64,000 nt of DNA from an uncultured cyanobacterium (GCA_963807635.1 CAWEDJ010000093.1:1-64000), one strand, 5' to 3'. Shown: positions 31,010 through 42,877, numbered from the stretch's first letter. Notes: generated from the sequence alone by a model not told the origin. Program-made: numbers and translations.

Positions 31010-32305
31010 GTGATAGAACGTTATACCCTGCCTGAGATGGGCGCGCTTTGGACAGAAGCTTATAAACTGAAAACTTGGTTAGATGTGGAAATTGCCGTCT
31101 GTGAAGCTCAGGCTGAATTGGGGTACATTCCGACGGAGGCGGTGGAAGAAATTAAGGCTAAAGCAAATTTTGATCCCCAGCGAGTTTTAGAGATTGAGGC
31201 GGAAGTCCGTCACGATATGATCGCTTTCCTGACCAATGTGAATGAATATGTAGGAGATGCGGGGCGTTATATTCATTTGGGTTTAACCAGTTCAGATGTG
31301 TTGGATACGGCGTTGGCGTTGCAGTTAATCGCTAGTTTGGATTTGATTTTGCAACAGTTAGAGGATTTAAGTCAGGCTGTAAGATATCAAGCCCAACAAC
31401 ATCGTTATACGGTGATGGTTGGTCGTTCTCACGGGATTCACGCAGAACCCATTACCTTTGGCTTTAAATTAGCGGGTTGGTTGGCGGAGATTTTTCGGGG
31501 TCGCGATCGCCTGGTGCGGTTACGGGACACAATTTCGGTGGGCAAAATTTCGGGAGCAGTGGGAACCTACGCCAATGTTGATCCCCGCATAGAAGCGATC
31601 GCCTGCGAAAAATTAGGACTCACACCCGATACGGCCTCAACTCAAGTAATTTCTCGCGATATCCATGCCGAATACGTCCAACAATTGGCCCTAATTGGAG
31701 CCTCTTTAGAGCGTTTCGCCGTAGAAATTCGTAACTTACAGCGTACCGATGTGTTAGAAGTCGAAGAATTTTTCTCGAAAGGACAAAAAGGCTCTTCGGC
31801 CATGCCCCACAAACGCAACCCCATTCGCTCAGAACGCTTAACGGGAATGGCCAGAATTATTCGGGGTCATGCGGTGTCGGCTCTCGAAAATGTGGCTCTT
31901 TGGCACGAACGCGACATTTCCCATAGTTCGGTGGAAAGGGTCGTTTTTCCCGACAGTTGCATTTTGACCCATTTCATGTTGAAGGAAATGACAGATTTAG
32001 TTAAAAATTTGTTAGTTTATCCCGAAAATATGCAGCGCAATATGAATGTCTATGGCGGGGTTATTTTCAGTCAACGAGTTATGTTGACCTTGGTTGAAAA
32101 GGGCATGAGCCGAGAAGATGCCTATAAAGTGGTTCAGGGTTGCGCTCACCAAGCTTGGAATAAAATTGATGGTAATTTCCAAGCATTAATTACCCAAGAT
32201 CCCCAAGTGACTCAATTATTATCAACGGAAGAAATTGCGTCTTGTTTTGATCCCCAACATCATCTCAAAAATCTTGATCACATCTATCAACGTTTAGATA
32301 TTTAA
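31010..32305 (+). CDS. purB: Adenylosuccinate lyase
   Basis: HLGLTSSD, GRSHGIHAEP and GSSAMPHKRNP. Confidence 0.97.
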   Translation: MIERYTLPEMGALWTEAYKLKTWLDVEIAVCEAQAELGYIPTEAVEEIKAKANFDPQRVLEIEAEVRHDMIAFLTNVNEYVGDAGRYIHLGLTSSDVLDTALALQLIASLDLILQQLEDLSQAVRYQAQQHRYTVMVGRSHGIHAEPITFGFKLAGWLAEIFRGRDRLVRLRDTISVGKISGAVGTYANVDPRIEAIACEKLGLTPDTASTQVISRDIHAEYVQQLALIGASLERFAVEIRNLQRTDVLEVEEFFSKGQKGSSAMPHKRNPIRSERLTGMARIIRGHAVSALENVALWHERDISHSSVERVVFPDSCILTHFMLKEMTDLVKNLLVYPENMQRNMNVYGGVIFSQRVMLTLVEKGMSREDAYKVVQGCAHQAWNKIDGNFQALITQDPQVTQLLSTEEIASCFDPQHHLKNLDHIYQRLDI

Positions 32306-32326
32306 TTATCGTTATTTCTATTCATA

Positions 32327-33850
32327 ATGGGACTGCTAGAAGCACAGGTTCACAACTCTTTGAAGGAATTTTTGCGGCAACAGCCCCAGTCCCTCTGGAC
32401 TCACCATTTAACCATGGCCAGATTGATTTCTCGCGCCCTGCGTTTGAAACGATCTGCCCTTATTCAGACAGGGAGTTCTCCGTCTCGCTATTATTTAAGT
32501 TATTTATTACCTGCTCTTTTAAGTGAACAACCGATTCTTTTAGTCGTCAGCGATCGCATTAAGGAACAATTAGAAAATATTGAAATTCCCCAACTTCAAC
32601 AATGGTTACATCAACATCAAGGGTCAATTTCAGTAGAAAGTCTAATCATTACTACGCCTCAAATTTGGTTACGCGATCGTCTAGAAAAAACTGATCATTT
32701 TCCTATTAATATCACCACTGTTATCGATCAAGCCGATTATTTAGAAGAATGGGCAAGAGATTATTTAAGCCTAACTTTAACTTCAGAAAATTGGGAACAA
32801 TTAATGCACGCAGTTCCCCAACATCAAGAATTAATTCGAGAAACCCGTATTTATTTAACTAAAGCCTTATTTCTCCATCCTCCCAATCCCTACGACTGTT
32901 ATTTATTAGAAAAAGCAGAAAAAGAATATCTCAGCTATTTATTAAATAAATTAGAAAAAAGTTTACCCGAAAAAAATAATTTCTTATTACCTTTTCAAGC
33001 ATTTTGGCGAGAATGGCAAGAAACCGAAGGCAATCAATTACTTTGGGCGACCATTAATCGCGAAAAAGGACAATTCACTCTTCACCTAAGTCCCATTGAT
33101 TTAGCCAATTATCTTAAACCCCTATGGCAAATTCCACTAGTCATGATTGGTAGCTTTTTAGATGCTGATAAAGAGGCTACAACGTTTCGGAAAAATATTG
33201 GTTTAGAAGATTTACTTTGCTTAAAATTTTTACCCAGTCGTCAGAGTCAATCCATCCAACTCTATTTACCCGATCGCCTTCCCTTGCCTAATACTCCCGA
33301 ATTTAAAGGCGTAATTTTTGAACAAATTCAACAATTAATTCGTATCACCCTCAACCAACATCAACAAAATTCATCTTTTAAAACCTCTAATAATATTGTT
33401 ATTCTTTTAGATGACGTTCCCCTAAAAGCCCAATTAGGGTCTATTGTAGCCGCCGAATTTGGTACAAAAGTTCAAATCGAAAAAACACATTTATCCCAAA
33501 ATAGTATTCTAATTAGTGGTTGGGATTTTTGGCATTACCATCAAGACGATCTACCTCTACCGCAATTATTAATTATTGCTACTTTACCTTTACCATCTTT
33601 GGAACATCCCTTAGTCGCCAGTCGAGTAAATTACTATAAACGCCAGCATCAAGATTGGTTTCGGAGCTATTTATTACCAACAGCATTGCAAGCAATTCAA
33701 CGAGCCGTTATTCCCTTAAGGGAATCCCAAGGAATTGTCACAATTCTAGATAGTCGGGTCAATTCCCATAGCTATGGAAAACGTATTTTAGGAGCCTTAG
33801 AACCCTATGCAAAAAGTAATTACATTGATGATAGCTGGTTTAACAATTAA
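32327..33850 (+). CDS. DinG-related helicase C-terminal-domain protein (cyanobacterial type)
   Basis: LLIIATLPLPSLEHP, RAVIPLR and ILDSRV...YG. No Walker A motif visible. Confidence 0.75.
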   Translation: MGLLEAQVHNSLKEFLRQQPQSLWTHHLTMARLISRALRLKRSALIQTGSSPSRYYLSYLLPALLSEQPILLVVSDRIKEQLENIEIPQLQQWLHQHQGSISVESLIITTPQIWLRDRLEKTDHFPINITTVIDQADYLEEWARDYLSLTLTSENWEQLMHAVPQHQELIRETRIYLTKALFLHPPNPYDCYLLEKAEKEYLSYLLNKLEKSLPEKNNFLLPFQAFWREWQETEGNQLLWATINREKGQFTLHLSPIDLANYLKPLWQIPLVMIGSFLDADKEATTFRKNIGLEDLLCLKFLPSRQSQSIQLYLPDRLPLPNTPEFKGVIFEQIQQLIRITLNQHQQNSSFKTSNNIVILLDDVPLKAQLGSIVAAEFGTKVQIEKTHLSQNSILISGWDFWHYHQDDLPLPQLLIIATLPLPSLEHPLVASRVNYYKRQHQDWFRSYLLPTALQAIQRAVIPLRESQGIVTILDSRVNSHSYGKRILGALEPYAKSNYIDDSWFNN

Positions 33851-33858
33851 TGGAAATA

Positions 33859-33950
33859 TAGCGGTTTACAGTCGTATGAGATATAGGCAACGGGCTTAAG
33901 CCCCTTGTTAATTAAGCTTCAGCTATACCTCATTGGTATGAATACTGCTA
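33859..33950. repeat. Small MITE-like element enclosing a palindrome
   Basis: Left end TAGCGGTTTACAGTCGTATGAGATATAG versus reverse complement of the right end TAGCAGTATTCATACCAATGAGGTATAG. Internal GGGCTTAAGCCC. Confidence 0.55.
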
Positions 33951-34011
33951 CAATAAATTTAGGTCAATTAAAATATTGTAAAAATACAATTTACATACCC
34001 CTATGAAGTTA

Positions 34012-34512
34012 TCAAAGAGATTTTAACATGGTTAAAGATTGAGTTTGAAAACCCATATTTTGATAAAGGTTAACCGCCGCTTGATTTTGTGGAAAAACCT
34101 GCAATCCGATCTGCCGATCGCCTCTTGTTTTAGCCCAACTTTCTGCTTGTTGTAACAGAATTTTAGCAATGCCCCGACGACGATATTCAGGAACAACATA
34201 CAGTAAAAAAATATGAGCGTAACGACTACCATTAATCTGATCAATGGCATTTCCCATCCACAATCCTGCGATCGGTAAAATTAGATTAGGAGTGGGCGAT
34301 AAATTATGCTCAGATTCTATCCACCAGAGGGGCGTTTCTGACGAAAAATATTGTTCAACGGTAATGCTCAAATGATTAAAATCTTTCTGATTAAGAAAAA
34401 GTTCTTGATACATTAAATTCATGAATTGAATCAATTGGGCTTTATCTTTGCTCGATCCTTTAATAACGCGATCGCGTAGCGACACTTGGTGATCGCTGAT
34501 TTTAAATTCCAT
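34012..34512 (-). CDS. GNAT-family acetyltransferase
   Basis: LYVVPEYRRRGIAK and NQAAVNLYQNMGF. Confidence 0.92.
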   Translation of the reverse strand: MEFKISDHQVSLRDRVIKGSSKDKAQLIQFMNLMYQELFLNQKDFNHLSITVEQYFSSETPLWWIESEHNLSPTPNLILPIAGLWMGNAIDQINGSRYAHIFLLYVVPEYRRRGIAKILLQQAESWAKTRGDRQIGLQVFPQNQAAVNLYQNMGFQTQSLTMLKSL

Positions 34513-34749
34513 GTTTATCTTGTAAAAAATGGTTGCTCTTCAACTATTTTAGGGAATTCTGGCGTTAGGGCATATTTTTCCAAACGGAGACATTATGAAA
34601 AATCCCGCAATGGGTCTGATCGGAAAAATGTCATTGAATTAAAACTTTGCCAACCTTCGTGTAAATAAATTTATCCCAATTTTTAAAGCAAGCTTTATAA
34701 TACCATTAAGATTTATCCATAGATTTTTGCTATCTTAGGATCAAATCAA

Positions 34750-35139
34750 TTGTCGTTTTTATTATTCCTAAAAAAGCTAATGTTTGGACAATCTCCTAAA
34801 AATATTGATGATAAGGATACGTCAGATTTAGAGTCTATTTTATTTTCCCAAGAATCACAACAAAGTGAAATTGACATGGCTATTAATGATACAGAATCAA
34901 CGCTATCCAACTCTTATGCTCAGCCCGAAGTCGTTAATATCGTCGAAAAAATTAGTGGGATTCTTTCACCTTATTTTATTGTCTTAGTGGGTTTATTTCT
35001 CTATGAAAATAATTTTTTTATTGGCACGCTATTAATTTTTGTGGGAATTTTTTCGTTATTAAAACTTTCTTGGAAAGACATAACATTAGTTTTGGATAAA
35101 GTTCAAAGTTTTTTTAAGTCCGATTCTAATATTTCTTGA
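34750..35139 (+). CDS. Hypothetical membrane protein
   Basis: Two hydrophobic segments in the C-terminal half. Start uncertain (possibly 34780). Confidence 0.65.
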   Translation: MSFLLFLKKLMFGQSPKNIDDKDTSDLESILFSQESQQSEIDMAINDTESTLSNSYAQPEVVNIVEKISGILSPYFIVLVGLFLYENNFFIGTLLIFVGIFSLLKLSWKDITLVLDKVQSFFKSDSNIS

Positions 35140-35195
35140 ATTGAGTTTTAATTACTTTCCAATAATCGATAGCTTACGAGTAAATTTAGTTTATT

Positions 35196-35705
35196 CTAGG
35201 GTTTTTCGAGAGAAGAAATATTTTTGATAATTTGCTCATAACCAATCGTATTGTCTTGTTTTTTGTACAATTCGGCCGCTTTTTTAAAGTCTTTGATTGC
35301 TTGATTTTTATCTTTTAATTTTAACCATAGATTACCTCTTTCTTCATAGGCTTCTGCTAGATTGGTGTCAATTTTAATCGCTTCGTTATAGTCCGCGATC
35401 GCTCCTTGCTTGTCTCCTAACTTAGTCTTAGCAAGACCTCGATTGTAATAAGCATCGGCATAATGGGGATAGGATTGAATTAATCGAGAAAAAATCTGAA
35501 TCGCACCTGAATAGTTGCCTTTCATTCCTTGATCCATTCCTTCAATTAACTGTTCTTCTATTTCCTCCGATGGTTGAAACGGGATTGTTTTTTGAGACAA
35601 AAAAAATTGAGGAAAGAAAAATTCTTGATGATACAATAAATTATTATGCGGTGATGCACTCAAGAATAATCCCATCAAGGAGCCAAAGATTTTATTGTCT
35701 ATCAT
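35196..35705 (-). CDS. Tetratricopeptide repeat protein
   Basis: ADAYYNRGLAK..GDKQGAIADYNEAI and AEAYEERG. Confidence 0.88.
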   Translation of the reverse strand: MIDNKIFGSLMGLFLSASPHNNLLYHQEFFFPQFFLSQKTIPFQPSEEIEEQLIEGMDQGMKGNYSGAIQIFSRLIQSYPHYADAYYNRGLAKTKLGDKQGAIADYNEAIKIDTNLAEAYEERGNLWLKLKDKNQAIKDFKKAAELYKKQDNTIGYEQIIKNISSLEKP

Positions 35706-35856
35706 TGTTCTTTTGGAAATGCGAGAGTATTAAAAATTATTAGAAAAATTAGAAGAACTATAAACGATTGAAGCCTATGATAATGCTATTTTATCAGATG
35801 AGGAAGAAATTTCCTTTGAAGTAGTAATTTCTGAAATCGAAAATCATCGTCAATGA
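35704..35856 (+). pseudogene. Decayed small antitoxin-like gene
   Basis: IVLLEMREY*KLLEKLEEL*TIEAYDNAILSDEEEISFEVVISEIENHRQ* has two in-frame TAA codons and lacks its 5' end. Confidence 0.55.
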
Positions 35857-35980
35857 ATGATTAGAAAAACGCGATCGCCTTTTCAACAAAGAATCACTTC
35901 AAAAGCGATCGCCCCAAATCTTTCAAACATCAACCCAATCAATGATAATAAAAAGATAGTCGCTTAACTGAGGAAACCGT

Positions 35981-37125
35981 GTGCTGCTAACCAAAGGCGT
36001 AGAAGTTGAAATTTATACAGGCACTCCCGATGGAGAAATCATCGGCTTATCAGACCGCATCGTGCGAGATCTAGACGGATTTGTGCGAGAACCCGATAGC
36101 CGCAACGTAGAATATACTACCGCCCCCTACAGCAATTATGAACGTCTGCTCTGTGCCTTACTCCGTCCTAGACGAGAATTACGCGCTTATTTGAAACGTC
36201 TGGGTGATTATACCCTGATTCCTGGGAGTTGTTTACCCCTGAGCGGCGGCGATCGCTTCTGATCGATCCGATCCTCAAAATCCCTACCACGACTATATTG
36301 AACAAACCTACGGAACCAAAGTTGTCACCGCCAGTGTACACCTCAATATTGGCATCAGTGACCCTGATTTACTGTTACAAGCCTGTCGTCTGATTCGGGT
36401 AGAAGCCCCTTTGTATTTAGCCCTCAGTGCCTCCTCTCCCTTTTTTAACGGTCAAATTACAGGTTCCCACTCCAGCCGTTGGCAAGTTTTCCCCAAAACC
36501 CCTGCCCAAGTTCCCCTATTTAGCAGTCATGCCGACTTTATTCAATGGACAAAAACCCAATTAGACTTGGGAACCATGCAGAACGTCCGTCATCTTTGGT
36601 CATCGGTGCGACCCAATGGCGATAATCGTCCCTACAATCTCAATCGCTTGGAATTACGCATCTGTGACTTAGTAACCAATCCCCTTTCTCTTTCGGCGAT
36701 TATTGCCTTTTTAGAAGCCAGAATCTCCCAAATGTTGGCTAATCCCCGCATTGATCCCCTAGCGCAAAGTTGTTTTTCCCCCGAAGAACTGATGGAACTT
36801 TGTGATGCGAATGAAACTGCCGCCGCCGAACTCAGTCTAGATGCCACGCTTCAACATTGGCAGGATGGCCGAAAGCGGTTGGCGAGAGATTGGATCGAAG
36901 AACTCTATGAAAGTGTTTATCCCTTGGCAAAAAAGCAAGGATTTAGCTGTTTTCTGTCTCCTCTCAAACAAATTCTCCGTCAGGGGAAATCTGGCCCAGC
37001 AGTGGCTCCGACAAACCGAACAGGGTTTATCTTTGCCAACGGTGATTCAACAGGCGATTCAAACCCTGGATCAGGAAGAAATGGCCCTAGAGGATAGTTT
37101 GTGCGAATCGGTATCCGTTGCCTAG
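35981..37125 (+). CDS. gshA: Glutamate--cysteine ligase, cyanobacterial type (frameshifts near 36261 and 36985)
   Basis: KGVEVEIYTG, REPDSRNVEYTT, VVTASVHLNIG, LALSASSPF and NRLELRICD. Confidence 0.9.
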
Positions 37126-37352
37126 ACTTTCACCTGGGGCTACGAGATCAACGGGAAAAAATCCTATTACAGAATTGATCGAAAACATCACTTAAAATTT
37201 ATAAAAATTAATGAATTCCCAAGAGCGATCAATTAATAAGTTTTTCTGATTAATCGAGTCACCAATCAAGAAAATATCGTAACTTAACTCACAACTGTTT
37301 AAATTAGCCAGTAATTATACTCATGGCGAGTATTTATACTTATTCACTATCT

Positions 37353-37838
37353 ATGCTCAAAGTCGTTCTAGTTCATCCCCAAATTCCCCCGAATACTGGA
37401 AATATTGCCCGTACCTGTGCCGTGACGGAGACAGAGCTTCATTTAGTCGGCCCTTTGGGCTTTGAACTCAGCGATCGCTATTTAAAAAGGGCGGGTTTAG
37501 ATTATTCGCCCTATGTCAATCTCCACTATCACCCTACCCTGCAAGACTTTCAAGAACATTATCAAGCCAGGGATGGAAGACTGATTGGATTTAGCGTGAG
37601 CGGCCAAAAAAGTTATACCGATTATCATTTTCAACCAGAAGATTGGCTCGTCTTTGGCAGTGAATCCGATGGTCTGCCAAGAGATTTTCGGAAACAATGT
37701 ACGGATTTAGTCTATATTCCCATGCCCCAATCCCATATTCGGAGCCTGAATCTTTCGGTCAGTGTGGGGGTTGGCTTGTTTGAAGTCTATCGGCAATTGG
37801 GCAGTTTTGAGACCAAAATAAATTGCAATCGACCCTGA
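37353..37838 (+). CDS. trmL: tRNA (cytidine/uridine-34-2'-O)-methyltransferase
   Basis: PQIPPNTGNIARTC, LKRAGLDY, FGSESDGL and RSLNLS (SPOUT family). Confidence 0.92.
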   Translation: MLKVVLVHPQIPPNTGNIARTCAVTETELHLVGPLGFELSDRYLKRAGLDYSPYVNLHYHPTLQDFQEHYQARDGRLIGFSVSGQKSYTDYHFQPEDWLVFGSESDGLPRDFRKQCTDLVYIPMPQSHIRSLNLSVSVGVGLFEVYRQLGSFETKINCNRP

Positions 37839-38364
37839 TTTTTTTTGCTTTTGACTTTGGATGTTTGCGAAATTAAAATAGCCAATGTAACGATTGAACC
37901 GTCCTAGCTCAGGAAAAGTCTGTGAAATTACTGATTTTTAGGATTGGATTTTATCGTACCGATAAGAAATTTATATAGGGCGATCGGAGACCCGTTGCCA
38001 AAGTTAGATAAATTTGCCTCATCGTTGATCCCGCTATGGTTTTCCTAAAATTGCCTATGCTAGTCCTGCAAAGGAAACCTTAGAACTCAAGGAATAGAGG
38101 GTTTGGAACGGAAACATTGTTGAAGCACTTTCGTCAACTTCCCCAGCTTAGACCAGGCAACTCTCAGAGAGTCCGCTTGTTCCTCGACTCGATTGACTAT
38201 ACTTGTCGAAATTCACAAAGCAGGTTAACCTTGCTAAGAACGTGAAATCAGGTATTGAATTCTGATTGGTGATAGCCTAAAACACTTACCCTTAACAATT
38301 ACTCGGCTGTCTTCAGCAGCTACATAAGCGTTTAAACGCTTGTTCACACACTAGGAGGTTCTTC

Positions 38365-40696
38365 TTGAAAGACATATTCATCCAGAAAGTCACACAAATC
38401 CCCTCATGCTTAACCGACTCGGCGGACGCATCCTTGAGGCTGTTGGTTAAGGTCTCTGGCGACTCATTGACTCAAAGCGAGGGATATCGTCGGGTTCGTC
38501 GTTCAGCCGCAATGATCGGTTTAGCCATTTCCATGAGCGCGACAGGCATGGTGCTATCCCACAAAGCAACGGCAACGACGGGAACCGCAAGTCTCCAGGG
38601 ATCGACCCTGGCGGATCTTTTTAATAGTGTCGAAGCAGAAATTCATTCTGATTCAGTAGCCGAATTCAGTCAGCCTCATCCGATTCAATCAACAACGACT
38701 GCTCTTAAGCCTCCTGCCCTGAAGTATGAAGTCCAGGAAGGTGAATCTATTTTGGAAATCAGTAAGGAATTTCAAGTCCAGCCGAGCGCGATCGCGTCAT
38801 CCAATAAAATTTCTACCGACAGTGATTTGGTGCCAGGACAAACCATTAAAATTCCTGTCTCCACTGCTGAAAATACTGGGTCAAAGGCTCAACCTCTACA
38901 AACAGCTTTGGCTCCTTCCGTTATCCAGAATCCTAGAAATCTGAATTCGGGTCTCCGCCCTGATGCTCTGCAAAGCACAAACAATATTCAGTCTGATCGT
39001 AATATTCCAACGGTTACACCCATTGCCCTATCCAGTCCCGCCCCAGAGAACCAAGAGATCGCGGACGTGGCTGATGTAAGTCAACCCATAGAAGTTATTC
39101 CCGCCGATCAGTCGGGTATTCGTCAAAATGCCACTAGCGGACAAGTCAACGTTGCGATCGGTAATTTTGAGCGACCCATTCCCATCGCTGTCCCGACCCC
39201 CGAAAGCGTCGGACTAAGACCTGTTTCTGAATTTTCATTGCCCCAGATGAAAACTCCCGTTCCCCTGTCTGCTCCCTCGACAGTGGTTCCTCTACCCAGA
39301 AAGCTGGAAAATTATTCATCAAACCAGTCCAGTCAAACGATTCCTCAAGGCTCTGCTTCCCAGCTTGCAGTTTCTAAACTAGAATCCGTCGGGAACGGTT
39401 CTACTCTCCCTCAAAATTCTGTTGGCTTGAATCCCCCTATTCCCATTCCTGTTCCAACTCCCGAAACTGCCTCTTTGTCCCCCAATGCTCAGTGGATTGA
39501 AGAAGCCCCCAGTTCCCCAACTAAACCCAATTCCGCCCTCCCAGAGTCCCTCCCAACGGAATCTACAGACGCGAACAATTTTTCCGATAATTCGTCAGAA
39601 ACCTATGCTATTCAGCCTGGGGATACCATCAACAGCATTGCCCAACGCTATGGTCTTGATCGTGAAGCCGTGATTAAGGCGAATCATCTGAGCGATCCTA
39701 ACCTGATTAAGGTAAACCAGAAACTGGTCATTCCCTCTGCTCCCCAAATTCAGGCAACGGATTATCCAGTGGCTTCTGCGTCACCCCTAAGAAATAATAA
39801 TTGGCAGGCTCTTCCTACTCCTATCGCTTTAGCGGCCCCTAAAATTTCAGTCAAAACCATTGAACCCGCAACAACGATTCCTATTACAGTGGATGCACCG
39901 ACAGCAACTTATACCAATCAGTTGAAAAGCGAGGTGGCAACTCTTCAGCAGTCCTACAAAAGTCAGTCCCGTCCCCTTACGATCCCTGTTCAAACCGTTG
40001 CTCAGCTTGCTAATCGTCAAGATGTTCTAGAAGACGAAGAAGTTAATCCCGAATGGAGTACTAAATCAAACGTTAAAAGGATTCCAACACGCTCCTTACC
40101 GAGCCAATATACGTCTCCTCAAACCTCTCTGCAAAGATTGCAAAGGCAATACGCCCCTTCAGGTGATCATCCTTCTCAGCTCATTGGTTCTGCTCCTATT
40201 GATGTGGAAGAGTATAATAATAATTTCAATACTCCCGTGGGCAAAGAAGTCAGTCCAGATTTACCTGCGCTTTCGACCCCAGATTTTCCAAATGGAGAGA
40301 ACAATCTCAGCAATAATTATATTTGGCCCGCTAAGGGGGTTTTGAGTTCTGGCTATGGCCGCCGTTGGGGAAGGATGCACAAGGGAATTGATATTGCCGC
40401 TCCCATTGGTACGCCAATTGTTGCTTCTGCCTCTGGTGAAGTGATTGCGGCGGGTTGGAATTCGGGTGGTTATGGAAATTTGGTAAAAATTCGCCATCCT
40501 GACGGTAGTGTGACGTTCTACGCCCATAACAGTCGTGTGTTGGTTCGTACGGGAGAAGAAGTTGCCCAGGGTCAACAAATTTCTGAAATGGGAAGCACTG
40601 GCCGAAGCACTGCGCCCCCATCTCCATTTTGAGGTTCGTCCTAACGGGCAAAATGCGGTGAATCCTATTGCTTTTTTACCGAATAATCGCTATTAA
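38365..40696 (+). CDS. LysM/M23 peptidoglycan peptidase (NlpD-like; frameshift near 40612)
   Basis: Two LysM domains, HKGIDIA and YAHN. The HLHFEV motif lies in the shifted frame. Confidence 0.9.
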
Positions 40697-40989
40697 TTTT
40701 CGATTGGTCGTTAACTAAATCTTTAAGATTTTGGCCATGATAGTCACCATTTGCCCAAAGGTCTATGGTGATTTTTTTTGCGATCGCGTTTTTTTACATC
40801 AAAAAGGATAATGGAGAAGTTAAGCTGACTTTGATTGTTGATTGTTTTAAATTAACCCTGCCCTAAAATACTTCTCTACAATTGAAGGATCAGTTCATGA
40901 TGAGCATTTCGTACTGAAAACAATTTGCTACTGTGATACTCTGAGGACTCTCTGTCTAATAAACTCGCTTTAAAATCAATTTATCCAGC

Positions 40990-42666
40990 ATGATTTCCCC
41001 TTCTGCTCCTATTACTTCCGCCACGTCATCCATCAAAACCATTCGCCCCGTTGCTGCCACTTCAATTCACGGCATTGCTTTTTATGGCGATCGCCTGTTG
41101 GCCGTTGATAACAAAAATGGTTACTTGTTTTCGATTGACCCCATCAGCCAAAATACCCAAATCCTCAATGCCCAACATACCCAGGAATTCATCGGCTCAA
41201 CAGGGTTAGCGGTCGTCGATGGCTTGCTTTGGTTTACCGCAGATAATGGCATATACCATTGCAATCTGGAGCAGGAAGATTTTGAACCCGAATTATTCGC
41301 TCGTTTAGACTACTCCATCAGTGGTGTCGCCGTTTGGGAATCCACCGTTTATGTGGCTTGTCAAAAAACAGGTGATATTTTGGTCTTTAATCGAGATACC
41401 AAACAAGTCATTATTCGTTTCTATGCCCCAGGCATCGGCGTTGAGAATATTACGGTCAAAGGCGAAGAATTATGGCTGACGGATACCCTAGAACAATCGG
41501 TTTATTGTCTAGACCGAGCAACAGGACAAGTGATTTTTAGTGTCCTCACGCCCTTTGAATGTCCAACGGGTTTATCCTTTTATACCGATCCCCAGACCAG
41601 CAAAGAAACGCTTTATGTTTCCTACGTTCTTCAGGAACCCTATATTCGCGATAATCCTAACGCTGACCCGAATCATGAACTGCACTATCGTCCCCGCACT
41701 TTTATCCATCCGCTCTATTTCTATTATGATCCCGACAAAAAGTTTGCTCTCTCCAATGGCTATCTGGTGGAAATGACCTATGTGGAAGAATTAGAACCCC
41801 TAGATCCCATTACTCTCAAAAATGTAGAATGGCGCATTGCTCTCCCTGCTGAAACCAATCGTCAAAAAATTCGCAGTGTGGAAGCGATCGGGATGCCTTT
41901 TACGGAAATTGATGAAAATGGTCACAAAATTGCTGTTTTTAAATTTGATGAGTTAACCATTGATACCCGTGCAATTTTCGGTTGGAAAGTGGTGATGGAA
42001 GTTTGGAGCATCAAATACCGTATTCTTCCCAAGGACTGTGAAAAGATTGAACCTCTACCCAGGGGATTTGCCGAACGTTATCTGGTAGATAATGATAATT
42101 TGGCGATGGATTCCGACATTATTATCCGTGCCGCCGCCGAAGCGATCGGAAGAGAGACGAATTTAATGCGAAAAATGTATAGTATTCGCAATTATGTCTA
42201 CGATCGCCTATCCTATGGTATCAAACCCCATATTGATACCCCTGATTTGGCTCTACGACGGGGCGTAGGTTCCTGTGGTGAATACGTGGGGGTATTATTA
42301 GCTCTTGCCCGTTTGAATGGTATTGCCTGTCGCACAGTGGGCCGTTATAAATGTCCTACCCATCCTCTCACTCGCAATATCCCGATGGAGCCAGATTTTA
42401 ACCATGTCTGGATGGAATTTTATTTGCCTGGGTTCGGTTGGTTGCCGATGGAATCCAATCCCGATGATCTCAACGATGGCGGCCCCTATCCGACTCGCTT
42501 TTTCACGGGTTTAGCTTGGTATCATGCAGAAATGGCCAAGGATGTTCCCTTTGCGATTCTCATTAGTGAAGGTATTCCTGTCAATAAACAAAAGGTTTCT
42601 ATTGGAACGTTGGCGATTAATCATGTCCAGTTCACTATTTTGGATGAGTTATCGCCAGAGCCTTAA
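40990..42666 (+). CDS. Transglutaminase-like protein with a beta-propeller-like N-terminus
   Basis: GSCGEY (Cys) and NHVWMEFY.PGFGW (His). The N-terminal half has repeated beta-blade-like segments. Confidence 0.85.
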   Translation: MISPSAPITSATSSIKTIRPVAATSIHGIAFYGDRLLAVDNKNGYLFSIDPISQNTQILNAQHTQEFIGSTGLAVVDGLLWFTADNGIYHCNLEQEDFEPELFARLDYSISGVAVWESTVYVACQKTGDILVFNRDTKQVIIRFYAPGIGVENITVKGEELWLTDTLEQSVYCLDRATGQVIFSVLTPFECPTGLSFYTDPQTSKETLYVSYVLQEPYIRDNPNADPNHELHYRPRTFIHPLYFYYDPDKKFALSNGYLVEMTYVEELEPLDPITLKNVEWRIALPAETNRQKIRSVEAIGMPFTEIDENGHKIAVFKFDELTIDTRAIFGWKVVMEVWSIKYRILPKDCEKIEPLPRGFAERYLVDNDNLAMDSDIIIRAAAEAIGRETNLMRKMYSIRNYVYDRLSYGIKPHIDTPDLALRRGVGSCGEYVGVLLALARLNGIACRTVGRYKCPTHPLTRNIPMEPDFNHVWMEFYLPGFGWLPMESNPDDLNDGGPYPTRFFTGLAWYHAEMAKDVPFAILISEGIPVNKQKVSIGTLAINHVQFTILDELSPEP

Positions 42667-42877
42667 GGGTTATTGTTTAAGTTAGAGGGAAATCACAAAG
42701 CCTCACTTTATCAGGTCAATAGCATTAAGAGTCGCTATGATTAAAATTGCGATCGCGAACTATCCTGAATTAGGAAAAATTCGCACAGAATACTTTTATC
42801 CCGCAAGCTCATCAATATTGCCTATTAAACTAATCAAAACTCTTATAGATATAAGAAAATTTAGGATTAATGACTTT

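Noticed and set aside
37840..38364. Long leader before the LysM/M23 gene as an ncRNA or riboswitch
   Set aside because: I recognised no known RNA motif; an Rfam/Infernal scan would be needed.
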